64,000 bases of DNA, from contig OZ241917.1 of NCBI GenBank assembly GCA_965203805.1, forward strand, positions 1,728,001 through 1,792,000, written 5' to 3'. Source of the DNA: Candidatus Latescibacterota bacterium (GTDB lineage: Bacteria; Latescibacterota; UBA2968; GCA-2709665). This document shows, in pieces, positions 1 through 10,183 of the stretch (positions are counted from its first letter, which is position 1; each line of letters starts with the position of its first letter). The notes beneath the pieces are model-generated. The model searched no databases. It was not told the origin of the DNA and saw only the letters and a list, made by a program, of their open reading frames with translations. Both the position numbers and the translations under genes were made by a program.

Positions 1-539
1 TCCGTTCTGGCATGAAAGTAGTAGAGGCCGGACCTCCCGGGCGCTGCGACAAGCTGTTTGTGACCGGGGCTGGTATATCCGAACCTGTTCCACTGCGCGC
101 CTGCCTGCGAATAGTCGCCGTCGGGAGTCAGCTGGACGGTGGCCCTGGGCCCGTGCTCGTCGTACCATCCGATCGGACGGATAAGTTCCTTTTTCCATCC
201 GTAACGCCACAACTCCAATTTATACGATTCGTGCGAATGCACGCGAAACTCGGACCGATCGCCCGACTTGACGCATTTGGGCCAGACGTAGCCCATCAGA
301 CAGTCCTTCAGCAGGCGAAACTGATGGGGTTCGTCCGGCGTGACTTCCACGTCGACGATTTTCGACCCGTACCCGTTGCAAGCCAGAATCACCCGATGCC
401 GCCCCGGCGTCACGTCCGCATAGACCGCACCCGATGCCGACGAACGGGCCAGCACCGCGTTTCCCGACGGGTCCCGGAACTCCAGAGCCACGTCGGAAAG
501 GGCGATATAACGCTCGTCACTCACGTAACCCACCAGCAT
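1..539 (-). CDS. N,N-dimethylformamidase beta-subunit-like protein, N-terminal part (runs off window edge)
   Basis: Not in ORF track. Manual translation from ATG 539 gives MLVGYVSDERYIALSDVALEF...LMGYVWPKCVKSGDRSEFRVHS...GLYYFHART, with a GGGAG RBS upstream. Family assignment is from recall. Confidence 0.6.
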   Translation of the reverse strand, partial: MLVGYVSDERYIALSDVALEFRDPSGNAVLARSSASGAVYADVTPGRHRVILACNGYGSKIVDVEVTPDEPHQFRLLKDCLMGYVWPKCVKSGDRSEFRVHSHESYKLELWRYGWKKELIRPIGWYDEHGPRATVQLTPDGDYSQAGAQWNRFGYTSPGHKQLVAAPGRSGLYYFHART

Positions 540-613
540 ATCTCACTCCCCCTTGATGGTTCTCCGCCTCGAGTTATGTCTGTCCGACCGTGACCCGCGG
601 GCGGTCTCAACGC

Positions 614-2014
614 TCAGTCACGGTACCCCGGCGGATGCGATGCACGCCAGTCCGTCGCCTGTTCATACGCATAGGCCAGCCGGAGAATCGTCGTTTCGTC
701 GTACGGTTTGCCCGTAAGCTGCAGTCCCACCGGAAGCCCGTTCGACGTAAATCCGCAGGGTACGGATACCGCGCACAGGCCCAGCCAGTTTACCAGCCGC
801 GTAAGCAAACGCGCGGGCTCCCCGCGGTCCAGATCGCGCAGACGCGGCGCGGAACTCAACATCGTGGGGCCGGCGACGGCCTCGACGTCGGCCAGACGGG
901 CCGCCGACGTGCGCATCATCCCGCCTCGTTTGCGCTGAATCCCGGCCAGATCGACCCCAAGCAATCCCGGCTCGACCTCGAGACGCGCGCGGACCACGGG
1001 CCCGAACGAATCCGGCGCGTCTTTCAACGCCTCGCGGTGGACAGAGACCGCCTCGGTCCTCAGAAGCCTCAGGTTGTCTTCCTCTTTTTCGGCCTGCACC
1101 GCCTCGGGAAACGGCATTTCCCTGACGTTAACGCCCAGACCGGCCAGGACCCGGATGGCGTCCTCCACAAGGGAGACGACCTCCGGATCCGCGCCGCTGA
1201 AGAAGGGCTCGCGGACCACCGCGATCCGAAGGCCGCCGACATCCTTCTTCAGCATGCCCATGACGTCGCCCACCGGCAGATCGAGGGCCGTGGCGTCTTC
1301 GACGTCGGCGCCCGCGATCGCCGTGTACATCAGCGCGACGTCCTCGACGCATCTGGCCATCGGGCCGATCGTGTCCAGCGTCCAGGAAAGCGGCATCACG
1401 CCCGCCGTGCCGATACGGCCCGTTGTGGTCTTGAGGCCGACGACGCCGCAGTAAGCCGCCGGTATCCGTACCGAGCCCCCGGTATCCGTGCCGATGGCCG
1501 CTGCGGCAAGACCGGCTGCGACGGCCACGCCTGACCCGCTGCTGGATCCGCCCGGAACCCTCTCGGGGTCCCACGGATTCGGAGGCGTTCCGAAATGCGG
1601 ATTGATTCCGAAAGGGCCGAACGCGTATTCGACGAGATTCGTCTTGCCCAGCAACACCGCGCCCGCACGCGCCAGCCGCTTTGCCACCGTCGAGGTCCGC
1701 GCCGGCACATAGTCCTTCCGCGCCCAGGCGCCCGACGTCGTTCGAATGCCCGCGGTATCGCAAAGGTCTTTCAGCGCGATCGGAACGCCATGCATCGGTC
1801 CGAAGTCGTTTCCCGACCGGAGGGCCAGTTCCGCGGCCTTCGCGTCCGCCCGCGCGCGGTCCGCCGTTACGGTAATGAATGCGTTCGTCCCGGGCTGATA
1901 GCGATGGATTCGCTCCAGATACGCATCCGTTACCGCCACGGGCGAGACCTGCCCGCCGCGGTACAGCGCGGCGAGTTCCGTCGCCGTCAGAAAATGTAGC
2001 GCTTGTTCCGCCAT
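614..2014 (-). CDS. Amidase-signature family enzyme (GatA-like)
   Basis: GVPIALKD, PGGSSSGS and GTDTGGSVRIPA motifs (Ser-cisSer-Lys triad). Confidence 0.92.
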   Translation of the reverse strand: MAEQALHFLTATELAALYRGGQVSPVAVTDAYLERIHRYQPGTNAFITVTADRARADAKAAELALRSGNDFGPMHGVPIALKDLCDTAGIRTTSGAWARKDYVPARTSTVAKRLARAGAVLLGKTNLVEYAFGPFGINPHFGTPPNPWDPERVPGGSSSGSGVAVAAGLAAAAIGTDTGGSVRIPAAYCGVVGLKTTTGRIGTAGVMPLSWTLDTIGPMARCVEDVALMYTAIAGADVEDATALDLPVGDVMGMLKKDVGGLRIAVVREPFFSGADPEVVSLVEDAIRVLAGLGVNVREMPFPEAVQAEKEEDNLRLLRTEAVSVHREALKDAPDSFGPVVRARLEVEPGLLGVDLAGIQRKRGGMMRTSAARLADVEAVAGPTMLSSAPRLRDLDRGEPARLLTRLVNWLGLCAVSVPCGFTSNGLPVGLQLTGKPYDETTILRLAYAYEQATDWRASHPPGYRD

Positions 2015-2062
2015 AGCCGAAGGCTCATCGATCGGGCAGTACGCAGGGGTCGCATCTCGTCC

Positions 2063-2398
2063 TTAACAGCCCGGTCCCCTGATCTCATGCCGCGCAACCT
2101 GCTCCGGTAGCAAACCGCGTGCGAATCCGTCGGGATCGGCCCGATGACCCTCGACGAGTTTCCGGATCTCTTCCAGCACCCGTTCCCGATCGTACAGTCC
2201 GTACCGATAGATGTCCATGGGGCCGATCAGTTTCAGATAGAAATGGTTACCCGCGTCGTGTTCCTCCGCGCATGCGCTTGGTTTCTGCGCAGTCTCCAGT
2301 TGTTCTTCAAACGCGTCCGCGAACGCCGCCAGCAGCGGCTCACCCCACAGATCAGCCGGGATCTCCGGGAACCGGGTCGCCAGTTCCTGAACCGTCAT
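2063..2398 (-). CDS. Hypothetical protein
   Basis: MTVQELATRFPEIP start with AAGGAG RBS; operonic position. Confidence 0.6.
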   Translation of the reverse strand: MTVQELATRFPEIPADLWGEPLLAAFADAFEEQLETAQKPSACAEEHDAGNHFYLKLIGPMDIYRYGLYDRERVLEEIRKLVEGHRADPDGFARGLLPEQVARHEIRGPGC

Positions 2399-2804
2399 CC
2401 GTTGTCTCCTTTCCCTGAGAACCTGTCTCCCGCAGCAATTCATCGGGAATCCGTTTTCGCCCCTGATAACCTTCCATGGGACCGTGATAATGCGTTACGC
2501 GCTCCTCATCGCTCCGCCAGCAGAGTAACACTTCCTCGCCGTCGATTACGGCGGGAAAATCAACCAGACCGAGGTTGAAGTTAGGGTCCTTATAAGAACA
2601 CCCGATGGCCTCCAGCTCCTCGAAGAATTCATTCAATGTCGCAATCAGTTTCCTGATCTCCGCATCGTCGGCCGCGGCCGGCCCCAGTTCCCCGGCAAGC
2701 TGACGCAAACGGCGCCCTGAAACCTGGATATCGGCGACAATCCTCTTCACCAGGGGCAACGTCCGGTTGGCCTCCACAGGCGTGAAATACCTGATCTCTT
2801 TCAT
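2352..2804 (-). CDS. DUF2203 family protein
   Basis: YFTPVEANRTLPLV N-terminus and GLVDFP...LCWRSDE...HYH...GYQGRKRI signature. Confidence 0.85.
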   Translation of the reverse strand: MKEIRYFTPVEANRTLPLVKRIVADIQVSGRRLRQLAGELGPAAADDAEIRKLIATLNEFFEELEAIGCSYKDPNFNLGLVDFPAVIDGEEVLLCWRSDEERVTHYHGPMEGYQGRKRIPDELLRETGSQGKETTDDGSGTGDPVPGDPG

Positions 2805-2817
2805 CCGCGCCATCCCC

Positions 2818-3885
2818 TTAGGACGCTTCGCCCTGCGCGCCGGAATCCGCCGGTTGACCATCAGGGCCGGCAGCGGCGCCGGACACGAAATCGTCCAGAC
2901 GTATCAATGCGCCGCCTGCGGAGGCGGACGCATTGGCTCCCAACACCGCTGCCAGACTGTTCAGCGCCTGCCCGTACCCGTTCCGCAGTCCGGACGCGTC
3001 ACCCGACCGGATCGCGTCGACGAATGCCCTCGCCTGGCCGGCGAACGGATTGTCCCTGTCCGGGAGTTCGAAAATCGTCTCTCCGTTCTCCACGACCCTT
3101 TCGGCGGACCATTCCAGCAGCGAATCGTCGCACACCACAAGCACTTCCCGCCGGGACGCATTGACGTTCGTCAGCACGCGCGAGGTCGTGACGCTGGCGA
3201 CGACGCCGCTTTCGAAGCGGTAATTCACATCGTACACGTGGGGCAGATTGATCGGCTCCGGCCCTTCTCCGGGCTTGCGATAATAATAAAACGCCGAGAC
3301 CTCCGTGACATCGCCGAGGAAGAACCTGAGCAGATCCACCATGTGGATCGTATTCTCGACGAACGATCCGCCGCATAGCTCGAAACGGCTCGTCCAGTAG
3401 CGAATATGCGCGCCGCTGTAGAGCAGTTGCACCAGCGCATGTCTCGGAGTCCGATCCGATATCCGATCCCGGATGAACGCTGCGGTCGCGTAATAGCGGC
3501 TCATGAAGCCGACCTGAGACGGAACTCCCGACTTTCTGACTGCCTCGCTGAACCGGACGGCCTGCGCGATGTCCAGGGTCTGGGGTTTCTCCACCATGAC
3601 CGGGATCCCTTTTTCCGCGGCAATCAACTCGGCATCCGTATGCAGGGTAGGCGGAATGCAGATGTAGACTCCGTCCAATTCCTCTTTCTCGAACATTTCA
3701 CGATGGTCCGAATATACGGCATTCGCCCCGAAGGCCCGCGCCTGACCGGCGGCCGTTTCCTCGTCCGCGTCGCAGAACGCCTGAAGGATCACCAGACCTT
3801 TATCCGCCAGTTCGGCCAGGGGCGGGAGATGGGCATTAACCGTGATGTAACCCAGACCGATAAAGCCGAGTCGCGCCGCTTCCAT
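2818..3885 (-). CDS. Gfo/Idh/MocA family oxidoreductase
   Basis: GFIGLG Rossmann motif, VEKP motif, ENTIHMVD. Confidence 0.9.
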   Translation of the reverse strand: MEAARLGFIGLGYITVNAHLPPLAELADKGLVILQAFCDADEETAAGQARAFGANAVYSDHREMFEKEELDGVYICIPPTLHTDAELIAAEKGIPVMVEKPQTLDIAQAVRFSEAVRKSGVPSQVGFMSRYYATAAFIRDRISDRTPRHALVQLLYSGAHIRYWTSRFELCGGSFVENTIHMVDLLRFFLGDVTEVSAFYYYRKPGEGPEPINLPHVYDVNYRFESGVVASVTTSRVLTNVNASRREVLVVCDDSLLEWSAERVVENGETIFELPDRDNPFAGQARAFVDAIRSGDASGLRNGYGQALNSLAAVLGANASASAGGALIRLDDFVSGAAAGPDGQPADSGAQGEAS

Positions 3886-3886
3886 G

Positions 3887-4783
3887 CTAAACCTCCTCGA
3901 TCTTCCGGACGAGGTCCGGCGGGAGGTACTCGCCGTCCGAAACCGATACACACACTTCCAGCTCGTCCGGATCGGATGCCCCGCAAAGCAGCAAGGACAC
4001 CCGCGGGTCCGAGAGCAGATAACGAAGCGCTACGTTCACGATGCCCGCCGGCTCGTCCGCAAGCAATCCCTCCAAGCGGCGCAGCCTGGGGTGCAACTCG
4101 CGGAAACGTCCATTCTCAACGAACCGGTCGCGCTTGGACCCGAGGAGACCGCCGTGCAGGGGGGAAGCGGCGATCACGGCCACGTTTTCCGCGGCCGCGA
4201 CAGGAACCAGGACATCCCTGGCTTCCTGCGTCAGCAAGTCGTATTTGCAGAACGTGATCACTGAGACAAATTCGTCCGTCTCTTCAAGGATTTCTCCCAT
4301 CAATGACAGGTCGGACCCGGTCAATCCGATATGCTCCACAAGCCCCTGCGAACGAATATCCAGCAGCGTTTCCAGGGTTCGTTCCGTTCCGAAAATGCCC
4401 TCCCAGCCGGCCTGCTCCGCTTCATGTACCTGCAGCAGATCCACACGATCCCGCCGAAGGCGCTTCAAGCTGGCTTCGAACCCGCGCCAGATCGCGTCCC
4501 GGGTATAATCGAACGGTTCAGGATAATAGCCCGCCTTGGTCGCCAGATAGTGCGGTTCCGTCACGCCCTCCAGGGCAAGCCCCAGAACCTCCTCGCTTCG
4601 GCCCTCCCCGTAAAGCGGCGCGGTATCGAAAAAATTCACGCCCAACTCGAGTGCGCGCTCTACCAGCTTGACCCCGTGCGCGTCGGGCAGCAGGCCCTCC
4701 TCGGGCCGGCCGTAAAACCACGAACCGCCCAGCCCCACCTCGCTCACCTGCCATCCGGTCCTGCCAAAACACCGGTACCGCAT
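3887..4783 (-). CDS. Aldo/keto reductase
   Basis: GxG start, FFDTAPLYGEGRSE, ATK, SLKRLRRDRVDLLQVH. Confidence 0.92.
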   Translation of the reverse strand: MRYRCFGRTGWQVSEVGLGGSWFYGRPEEGLLPDAHGVKLVERALELGVNFFDTAPLYGEGRSEEVLGLALEGVTEPHYLATKAGYYPEPFDYTRDAIWRGFEASLKRLRRDRVDLLQVHEAEQAGWEGIFGTERTLETLLDIRSQGLVEHIGLTGSDLSLMGEILEETDEFVSVITFCKYDLLTQEARDVLVPVAAAENVAVIAASPLHGGLLGSKRDRFVENGRFRELHPRLRRLEGLLADEPAGIVNVALRYLLSDPRVSLLLCGASDPDELEVCVSVSDGEYLPPDLVRKIEEV

Positions 4784-4868
4784 CCAGTTCCCGTCCTGTC
4801 CGGATTCTTCGAACCCGCGTTGAGTCGCGACCGCGGAAATCCTTGCGCGGAAACCGCACCCTGCCTTC

Positions 4869-5576
4869 TCATCGAACGTCTCGATAAAGACGGCTCAGCC
4901 ACTTATCCGAAACCGAACAAAGGTAAAGGATTCGAATCGTCCACATCCAAATGACCGACCTGACGACACCCCAGCGGCGCCACCGTCGGGTGGACGTGCG
5001 GACGCTGCCGTCAAGCAGGACGAATCGACCCAGCTTACTTACAGCGGCGCAGAACTCCGAGTCCTCGAAGAGCTCCACCTCGGGAAACCCGGCCACCCGG
5101 TCGAAAACGCGACGCCGGACGTAGACTCCCTGGTCTCCGTACGTCACCCCCAGATACCTTGACCGCATCGTGGATAGCAGGGCGATCGCGCGAAAAACCC
5201 ACGTATCCTCGGAAAGCCCCATTCGGAACCGGCCGCCCACCACATCCGGTTTCTCGAGGGATTCAAGGATCATCCGGATGCCGCCGGCGGGCAAAAACGT
5301 ATCGGCGTGCAGAAACAGCAGCACGTCCCCCGTGGACGACCTCGCCCCGCGGTTCATCTGTACGGATCGACAGGACCTCGGCGACGTCACCAGCCGGACT
5401 GTCCCGGTTGCCCGGACTCGCTCCCGCGTACCGTCGCAACTGCCCCCGTCGACCACAATCACTTCAACGTTCCGTTGTCCGCGGAACTGCGCCAGGCATC
5501 CGTCAATGGTGTCCGCTTCATTGACAACGGGGATAATAACACTGACCTGCAACGGACTCTCGCGAGAAGAATTCAA
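4869..5576 (-). CDS. Glycosyltransferase family 2 (TIGR04283-like)
   Basis: VSVIIPVVNEA, VVDGGS, QMNRGA, LFLHADT, YGDQG, ED. Probable TTG start overlaps the upstream TGA; the ORF-track N-terminal extension is spurious. Confidence 0.85.
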   Translation of the reverse strand: MNSSRESPLQVSVIIPVVNEADTIDGCLAQFRGQRNVEVIVVDGGSCDGTRERVRATGTVRLVTSPRSCRSVQMNRGARSSTGDVLLFLHADTFLPAGGIRMILESLEKPDVVGGRFRMGLSEDTWVFRAIALLSTMRSRYLGVTYGDQGVYVRRRVFDRVAGFPEVELFEDSEFCAAVSKLGRFVLLDGSVRTSTRRWRRWGVVRSVIWMWTIRILYLCSVSDKWLSRLYRDVR

Positions 5577-6154
5577 CCCGCGGCGCCATGCCCTTGCATC
5601 AGAAATCTGCGCGCGTAGCTTACGGTCGAAACCAGCAGAAGCACGGCCGACAGGTAGAGAAAGGGAACCTTCAGCGGCTGCGTATCCATCGCGTAGGCAA
5701 TCAGAAGCACACTCATCGCACAGGTGGTCAGCTTGCCCCAGATATTGGAAGAAAGCACGATTCGGTCCCGCGATATCAGGAATACCCCCGCCAGCACAAT
5801 CGAGATATCGCGTCCCACAACCACCACGACGACCCAGAGCGGCAGCCCCTTGACGAGCGCCAGCATGATGGCGATCGCATCGATCGCCACCTTGTCCGCC
5901 AGAGGATCCAGGATCGTCCCCCAGCGCGTCACGGTTCTGAAGTGCCTTGCGAGGTATCCGTCCAGAATATCGGTGATAATCATCACCATGACAACCGTGA
6001 ACAGGAACCACTTGTACACCGGCCCCATCCAGATCAACCAGAGTACGGGCCCCGTCAACGCGGCCCGGAGCAGGCTGAGGCTGTTTGAAATCGTCCAGAA
6101 CGGATTGACCGCAAGATCCTCGACAGACCTGGAAGCGCATGCATTTTCACTCAT
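5573..6154 (-). CDS. pgsA: CDP-alcohol phosphatidyltransferase (PgsA-like)
   Basis: TDILDGYLAR...GTILDPLADK signature; hydrophobic helices. Confidence 0.85.
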   Translation of the reverse strand: MSENACASRSVEDLAVNPFWTISNSLSLLRAALTGPVLWLIWMGPVYKWFLFTVVMVMIITDILDGYLARHFRTVTRWGTILDPLADKVAIDAIAIMLALVKGLPLWVVVVVVGRDISIVLAGVFLISRDRIVLSSNIWGKLTTCAMSVLLIAYAMDTQPLKVPFLYLSAVLLLVSTVSYARRFLMQGHGAAG

Positions 6155-6810
6155 CGTTCTGCCTGTTCGCCCGGTGAGAGCACCACTCCGCCCATATTGG
6201 CCAATTCGCAAAACGCGTCACGCGCGGGCCCCCACGTGGTCAGGTGATAGCTCCCGTCCGGCAATTTCTGGCTTCGGGTGAAGTTCGCGAAGATGCACGA
6301 CATTCCGTCGTGCTCCGTCCGGCTGACACGCGGCACTCCCGCCCAGGGGATGGCCAACCTCGCGCACCATCGCCCGCTCGCATCGAATTCCTCAACCGAC
6401 CATTCCAGCCCGGGTACGTCGAATTTCGACATCGCCCGCCAGTCCGCCTCCTTCTCGTCCGGGAAGTACAGATCCAGAACCGCGCCAAGGGGGTTTACCT
6501 CGATTTCGTAGTAGCCTCCGCCCGCTCGGAGGAAGACCTCCACCGCGCATTCGTTGAAGAGATCCTGGTCCCGTGCCCGCATTGTCACGGGAACCGGAGA
6601 CGGATCCGAGACGAGACACACGTAGAGGGCACGCTCGTCCCAGAGCGCCGATGCTTCGAGGAAGAAACCGGGCGGATCGTCATCCGTACCGAGCAGATGG
6701 AATGCCTGGTTGATCCTGCCTGCAAGGTCCCACGCTGTCCCGGAGGTCTTCCCGTGCAGTGGCGGCGGGGCGGAAACGTTTCTGCAGCAGTAAACGGGTC
6801 GCTCTCTCAT
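6151..6810 (-). CDS. Carbohydrate-binding family 9-like / DOMON-like protein
   Basis: ALWDERALYV, ECAVEVF, YYEIEVNPLGAVLD, WCARLAIPW. Confidence 0.65.
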   Translation of the reverse strand: MRERPVYCCRNVSAPPPLHGKTSGTAWDLAGRINQAFHLLGTDDDPPGFFLEASALWDERALYVCLVSDPSPVPVTMRARDQDLFNECAVEVFLRAGGGYYEIEVNPLGAVLDLYFPDEKEADWRAMSKFDVPGLEWSVEEFDASGRWCARLAIPWAGVPRVSRTEHDGMSCIFANFTRSQKLPDGSYHLTTWGPARDAFCELANMGGVVLSPGEQAER

Positions 6811-6893
6811 TGCGGATCCCTTCTCTGATACATGATTCCATACCATCGCTCGTTCAGGCCATGACAGGGCCGCAGCCACCTGCCCCGGGACCG

Positions 6894-7649
6894 TCACGGG
6901 GCTTGATTCGATGCCGGTCGGCGGGTTCCCCGGTCACCACGGGAATGCGATATTGCAACCAGGTGCGCAAACACGCGGTCCCACACCGTACCGGGCAGCG
7001 CTTCGGGGTGAAACTGAACGCCGATGATGCGTCCATCTTCCGTCTCGATCCCCTCTATGACGCCATCCTCGCTTACCGCATTCACGCGGAGTCCGGCCCC
7101 GGGCCCCTCGATGGCCTGGATATGCGAGCTGTTCACCTCCAGCGCGTCGCCCGGCCGGCCGGTCAGTCGGGCAAGCCAGGTATCTTCCATCGTCATCACA
7201 TCGTGCCGTACCGGTCGCCCTCCCGTGCGCCTGGCGGAGTGGGCGCGTTTGCCAAGCTGGACCTGCAGATCCGCGTATATCGCGCCGTCAAACCGGGCAT
7301 TGATGAACTGCATGCCGTAGCAGATTCCCAGTATGGGCAGATCCTGCTCCCGGGCGTAGCGGAATGTCCAGGCATCCGTCCGTGCACGGATCGGGTCGAC
7401 GGGCGGCAGGTCGTCGGGAAGCGCGCCGATCAACCCTTGCGTTATGCCGGGACCGCCCGTAATGATCAGTCCGTCGATCAGACGCAGCACCGGCGCAAGC
7501 GCTTCCCGGCGTTCGACCATGGGCAGTAACACCGGACAACCCCCGGCCCGCTCCACCGCGCACACGTATGCGCGCCCGACCTCCTGGCGGGATTCGCCCC
7601 CGTTCCACGTCCTGACGCTCGTGGTGATACCGATTACCGGCCGTGACAC
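6894..7649 (-). CDS. Gamma-glutamyl-gamma-aminobutyrate hydrolase family (peptidase C26, class I glutamine amidotransferase fold)
   Basis: RPVIGIT, GICYGMQ (catalytic Cys), VNSSHIQA, GVQFHPE. Confidence 0.9.
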   Translation of the reverse strand: MSRPVIGITTSVRTWNGGESRQEVGRAYVCAVERAGGCPVLLPMVERREALAPVLRLIDGLIITGGPGITQGLIGALPDDLPPVDPIRARTDAWTFRYAREQDLPILGICYGMQFINARFDGAIYADLQVQLGKRAHSARRTGGRPVRHDVMTMEDTWLARLTGRPGDALEVNSSHIQAIEGPGAGLRVNAVSEDGVIEGIETEDGRIIGVQFHPEALPGTVWDRVFAHLVAISHSRGDRGTRRPASNQAP

Positions 7650-7675
7650 GCGTTTCTCCAGTCGTTTCGACGGCC

Positions 7676-8392
7676 TCAGGATACCATCAACCGGAAGCCG
7701 ATCACGAGCACAAGGGCCAGGATCGCCCTGTTGAACCATACAACGGACAACCGCGTATTCATCAGGATACCGATCCCCACGCCCGCGGCAAGTGTTGGCA
7801 GCATAAAGAGATCCATTCGCCAGACTTCGATGCCAAGGAGGCCCAGCTTCGCATAGGCCAGCGCCTTCATGGTGTTCAGGGCCAGCCCGACCAGCACCGC
7901 GGTGGACACAAACACACGTCCGCTCAGTCCCTGAGGGATCAGGTACAACATCAAAATGATGCCGCCGGAATGGGTGAGTACCGAAACGACACCCAGCGCG
8001 ACCCCGGCGGTAAGGCCCGAGACGGACGGCAGCGGCGGCAGGCGGTCCCGGAAGGCCTGCAACAACCCGAATAGACACGCCAGTCCACCCAGCATCCTTC
8101 GGAACCAGATTTCCGGGATCACGTCCAGCAACACCCAGCCAACCAGCACCCCGATCGCCATACCCGGAAGCAGAATGATTGCAAACCTGGCAACCCGGTA
8201 CTTCCAGTAAAATCTGATGGCAATCAGATCCGCCGCCAGCGACAGCGGAAGCATGACGCCCAGCGCCAGCTTGGCCGGGATCACAAGCGCCAGCAGCGGC
8301 GTCACCACGACGCCCACGCCGCCGCCGAACCCGGCTTTCATGATGCCGATGAGCAGGCCCGCCAGGGCCAGAACCAGATGCGTAACGTCCAG
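7676..8392 (-). CDS. Sulfite exporter TauE/SafE family membrane protein (start uncertain)
   Basis: GIMKAGFGGG motif and multiple transmembrane segments. The frame stays open upstream of the ATG at 8341; a CTG start at 8392 is possible. Confidence 0.75.
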   Translation of the reverse strand: MDVTHLVLALAGLLIGIMKAGFGGGVGVVVTPLLALVIPAKLALGVMLPLSLAADLIAIRFYWKYRVARFAIILLPGMAIGVLVGWVLLDVIPEIWFRRMLGGLACLFGLLQAFRDRLPPLPSVSGLTAGVALGVVSVLTHSGGIILMLYLIPQGLSGRVFVSTAVLVGLALNTMKALAYAKLGLLGIEVWRMDLFMLPTLAAGVGIGILMNTRLSVVWFNRAILALVLVIGFRLMVS

Positions 8393-8585
8393 ATGGCCCC
8401 CTGTCTCTGGCGACTACCGGGCTCCGGTACCGCTATGGCAGACGACAACTGCAAACCGACTGCATGCACCGGACGTTGTGGGGAAAAGGTCCTTCAAGCG
8501 CCCGGACGACAGAATTGCAAAGTATAACATACGCGGAAACCGGTGAAAAGACAAAACCGAGCCTCTTTCGCCGGCGGCGTCGAGC

Positions 8586-8614
8586 TTGACAGCCCCCATA
8601 ATTCTGAATATGTT
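8586..8614 (+). promoter_or_regulatory. Putative sigma70 promoter
   Basis: TTGACA-17 nt-TATGTT upstream of the 8750 gene. Confidence 0.45.
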
Positions 8615-8749
8615 TGGCCCGGGAAACGCGATTCAACCGCACGGGAATACTGGCGCCAACGCGCAGCGTACATTGCACGCGCACCTCCCGCGGCAAGCCG
8701 GAGCAAAGTGCTCCGCGCAACATCACACCCGGTAGCCGGGAGTCAGGTC

Positions 8750-9295
8750 ATGGCGAAGACCTGGAAACGCCTTCTCAGATTCCGTTGCACCTGCTGCGGA
8801 AACTGCTGCAGGGAACCCATCGCTCTGGTTACGGACGAAGACATCCGGCGCATCGTGCGCCATACGGGACGGACCGCCGGAAACGTCGTCGAATTCTATA
8901 CTTCGGATGAAATTGAATGGAGCCTCTCGAATCCGGGATGGATCCGACTCCGGAATGACCAACGCATCATGGGCTTGCGCCGGAACGAACGCGGGTGCCG
9001 GTTTCTGGGAAGAGACGACCTTTGCACCATTTATGAATTCCGTCCGGTGACCTGTCGCCGGTATCCGTTCAACGTCGAATTCGACGATCGCGGCGACGTC
9101 GAATTCCTGGGTATCAGCGACGCCGTAGAATGTCCGTACGAACTGGACGGCGAAAACTCGCTCATGCAAATCAAGGCCGTGTGCGATTGGGAAGAATCAG
9201 AGGAACAAGCCTACTTCGAGCGGTTGGAATCATGGAACAGGAGGGAACGGGCAGGCGGAACGCGTGAGTTCCTGCGGTATCTGGGATTCGATTGA
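8750..9295 (+). CDS. YkgJ family CxxCxxCC cysteine-cluster protein
   Basis: FRCTCCGNCC...CRFL...CTIYEFRPVTCRRYPF. Confidence 0.88.
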   Translation: MAKTWKRLLRFRCTCCGNCCREPIALVTDEDIRRIVRHTGRTAGNVVEFYTSDEIEWSLSNPGWIRLRNDQRIMGLRRNERGCRFLGRDDLCTIYEFRPVTCRRYPFNVEFDDRGDVEFLGISDAVECPYELDGENSLMQIKAVCDWEESEEQAYFERLESWNRRERAGGTREFLRYLGFD

Positions 9296-9373
9296 TGAGC
9301 GAGGTGGTTGTGTATTTGCGGTCTGCCCCCTGGGGTCCGGGCGGCACGGGCTTCGGTGCGGCGGGAAACCGCT

Positions 9374-10183
9374 TCAATGCCGCGTCTGCCGGCAGCGCCG
9401 CAACGCCGTTCGCTTCAGTTTCCGAAGCACACAAAACAGCCAGCGTACGTCTTTGATGACCGGCAAGCGAAAGTAAAGCCCGAGTCCGTATTTGCGCCGC
9501 ACGGACCAGATCGCCCGGTCGTCGGACTCCTTGCGGCTGATGCTGGCGTCATGGATCCGGTAAGCGTAGAGGGGCCGCGGCACGTAATGTCCGCATCCGC
9601 GGTGTCTCTGGACGACGTTCAACCAAAGATCCCAATCCTGATAACGCCGAAGGGACTCGTCAAACCCGGGAAAGCTGCTTGCCCGCAGCAACGCGGCGAG
9701 ATCGACATAATTGCCTCTGCGCAACCTTGCCGGCTCGAAGGGTCCGGATATCCTGACTCCCTCGGGTTCCGGATGCCAGGAGCCGTCCCCTTCCGTGAAG
9801 TTGGTGCGATCGCAATACACGAAATCCAGACCCGGCCGCGCCGCCGCGTGGAGCGCATCCAGGAATTCGGGCGCCATAAAGTTATCCGCGTCGAAGAAGA
9901 CCACCCATTCGGCCGAGACCTGAGCGAAGCCGAAATTGCGGGATCTGTTCGCGTTCTGAAACCCGACACGGTGGTATTCCACGTCCCGAAACTGCCGGGC
10001 GACCGCCTCGGTCTCGTCGGTGCTGGCATCGTCCACGACCAGAACGGTCGCCGGTTTCAACACCTGCGCCTCAATCGAACGCAGGCATTGCCGCAGGTAT
10101 CGGCCGTAATTGTGACAGGTGACGATAATTGCAATATCGGCCTTGCGCTCCGGTTCCATCCCTAACCGTCCGTTGATCGTCAT
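9374..10183 (-). CDS. Glycosyltransferase family 2
   Basis: IIVTCHNYGRYL, VVDDASTD, FFDADN, QDWDLW. Confidence 0.88.
   Translation of the reverse strand: MTINGRLGMEPERKADIAIIVTCHNYGRYLRQCLRSIEAQVLKPATVLVVDDASTDETEAVARQFRDVEYHRVGFQNANRSRNFGFAQVSAEWVVFFDADNFMAPEFLDALHAAARPGLDFVYCDRTNFTEGDGSWHPEPEGVRISGPFEPARLRRGNYVDLAALLRASSFPGFDESLRRYQDWDLWLNVVQRHRGCGHYVPRPLYAYRIHDASISRKESDDRAIWSVRRKYGLGLYFRLPVIKDVRWLFCVLRKLKRTALRRCRQTRH

Noticed and set aside
12-1534. Long plus-strand ORFs (193 and 314 aa) and similar antisense ORFs throughout the window
   Set aside because: Shadow frames of well-supported opposite-strand genes in GC-rich DNA; no motifs.
614-2014. Calling the amidase gatA
   Set aside because: No gatB/gatC neighbours; only the general amidase signature is supported.
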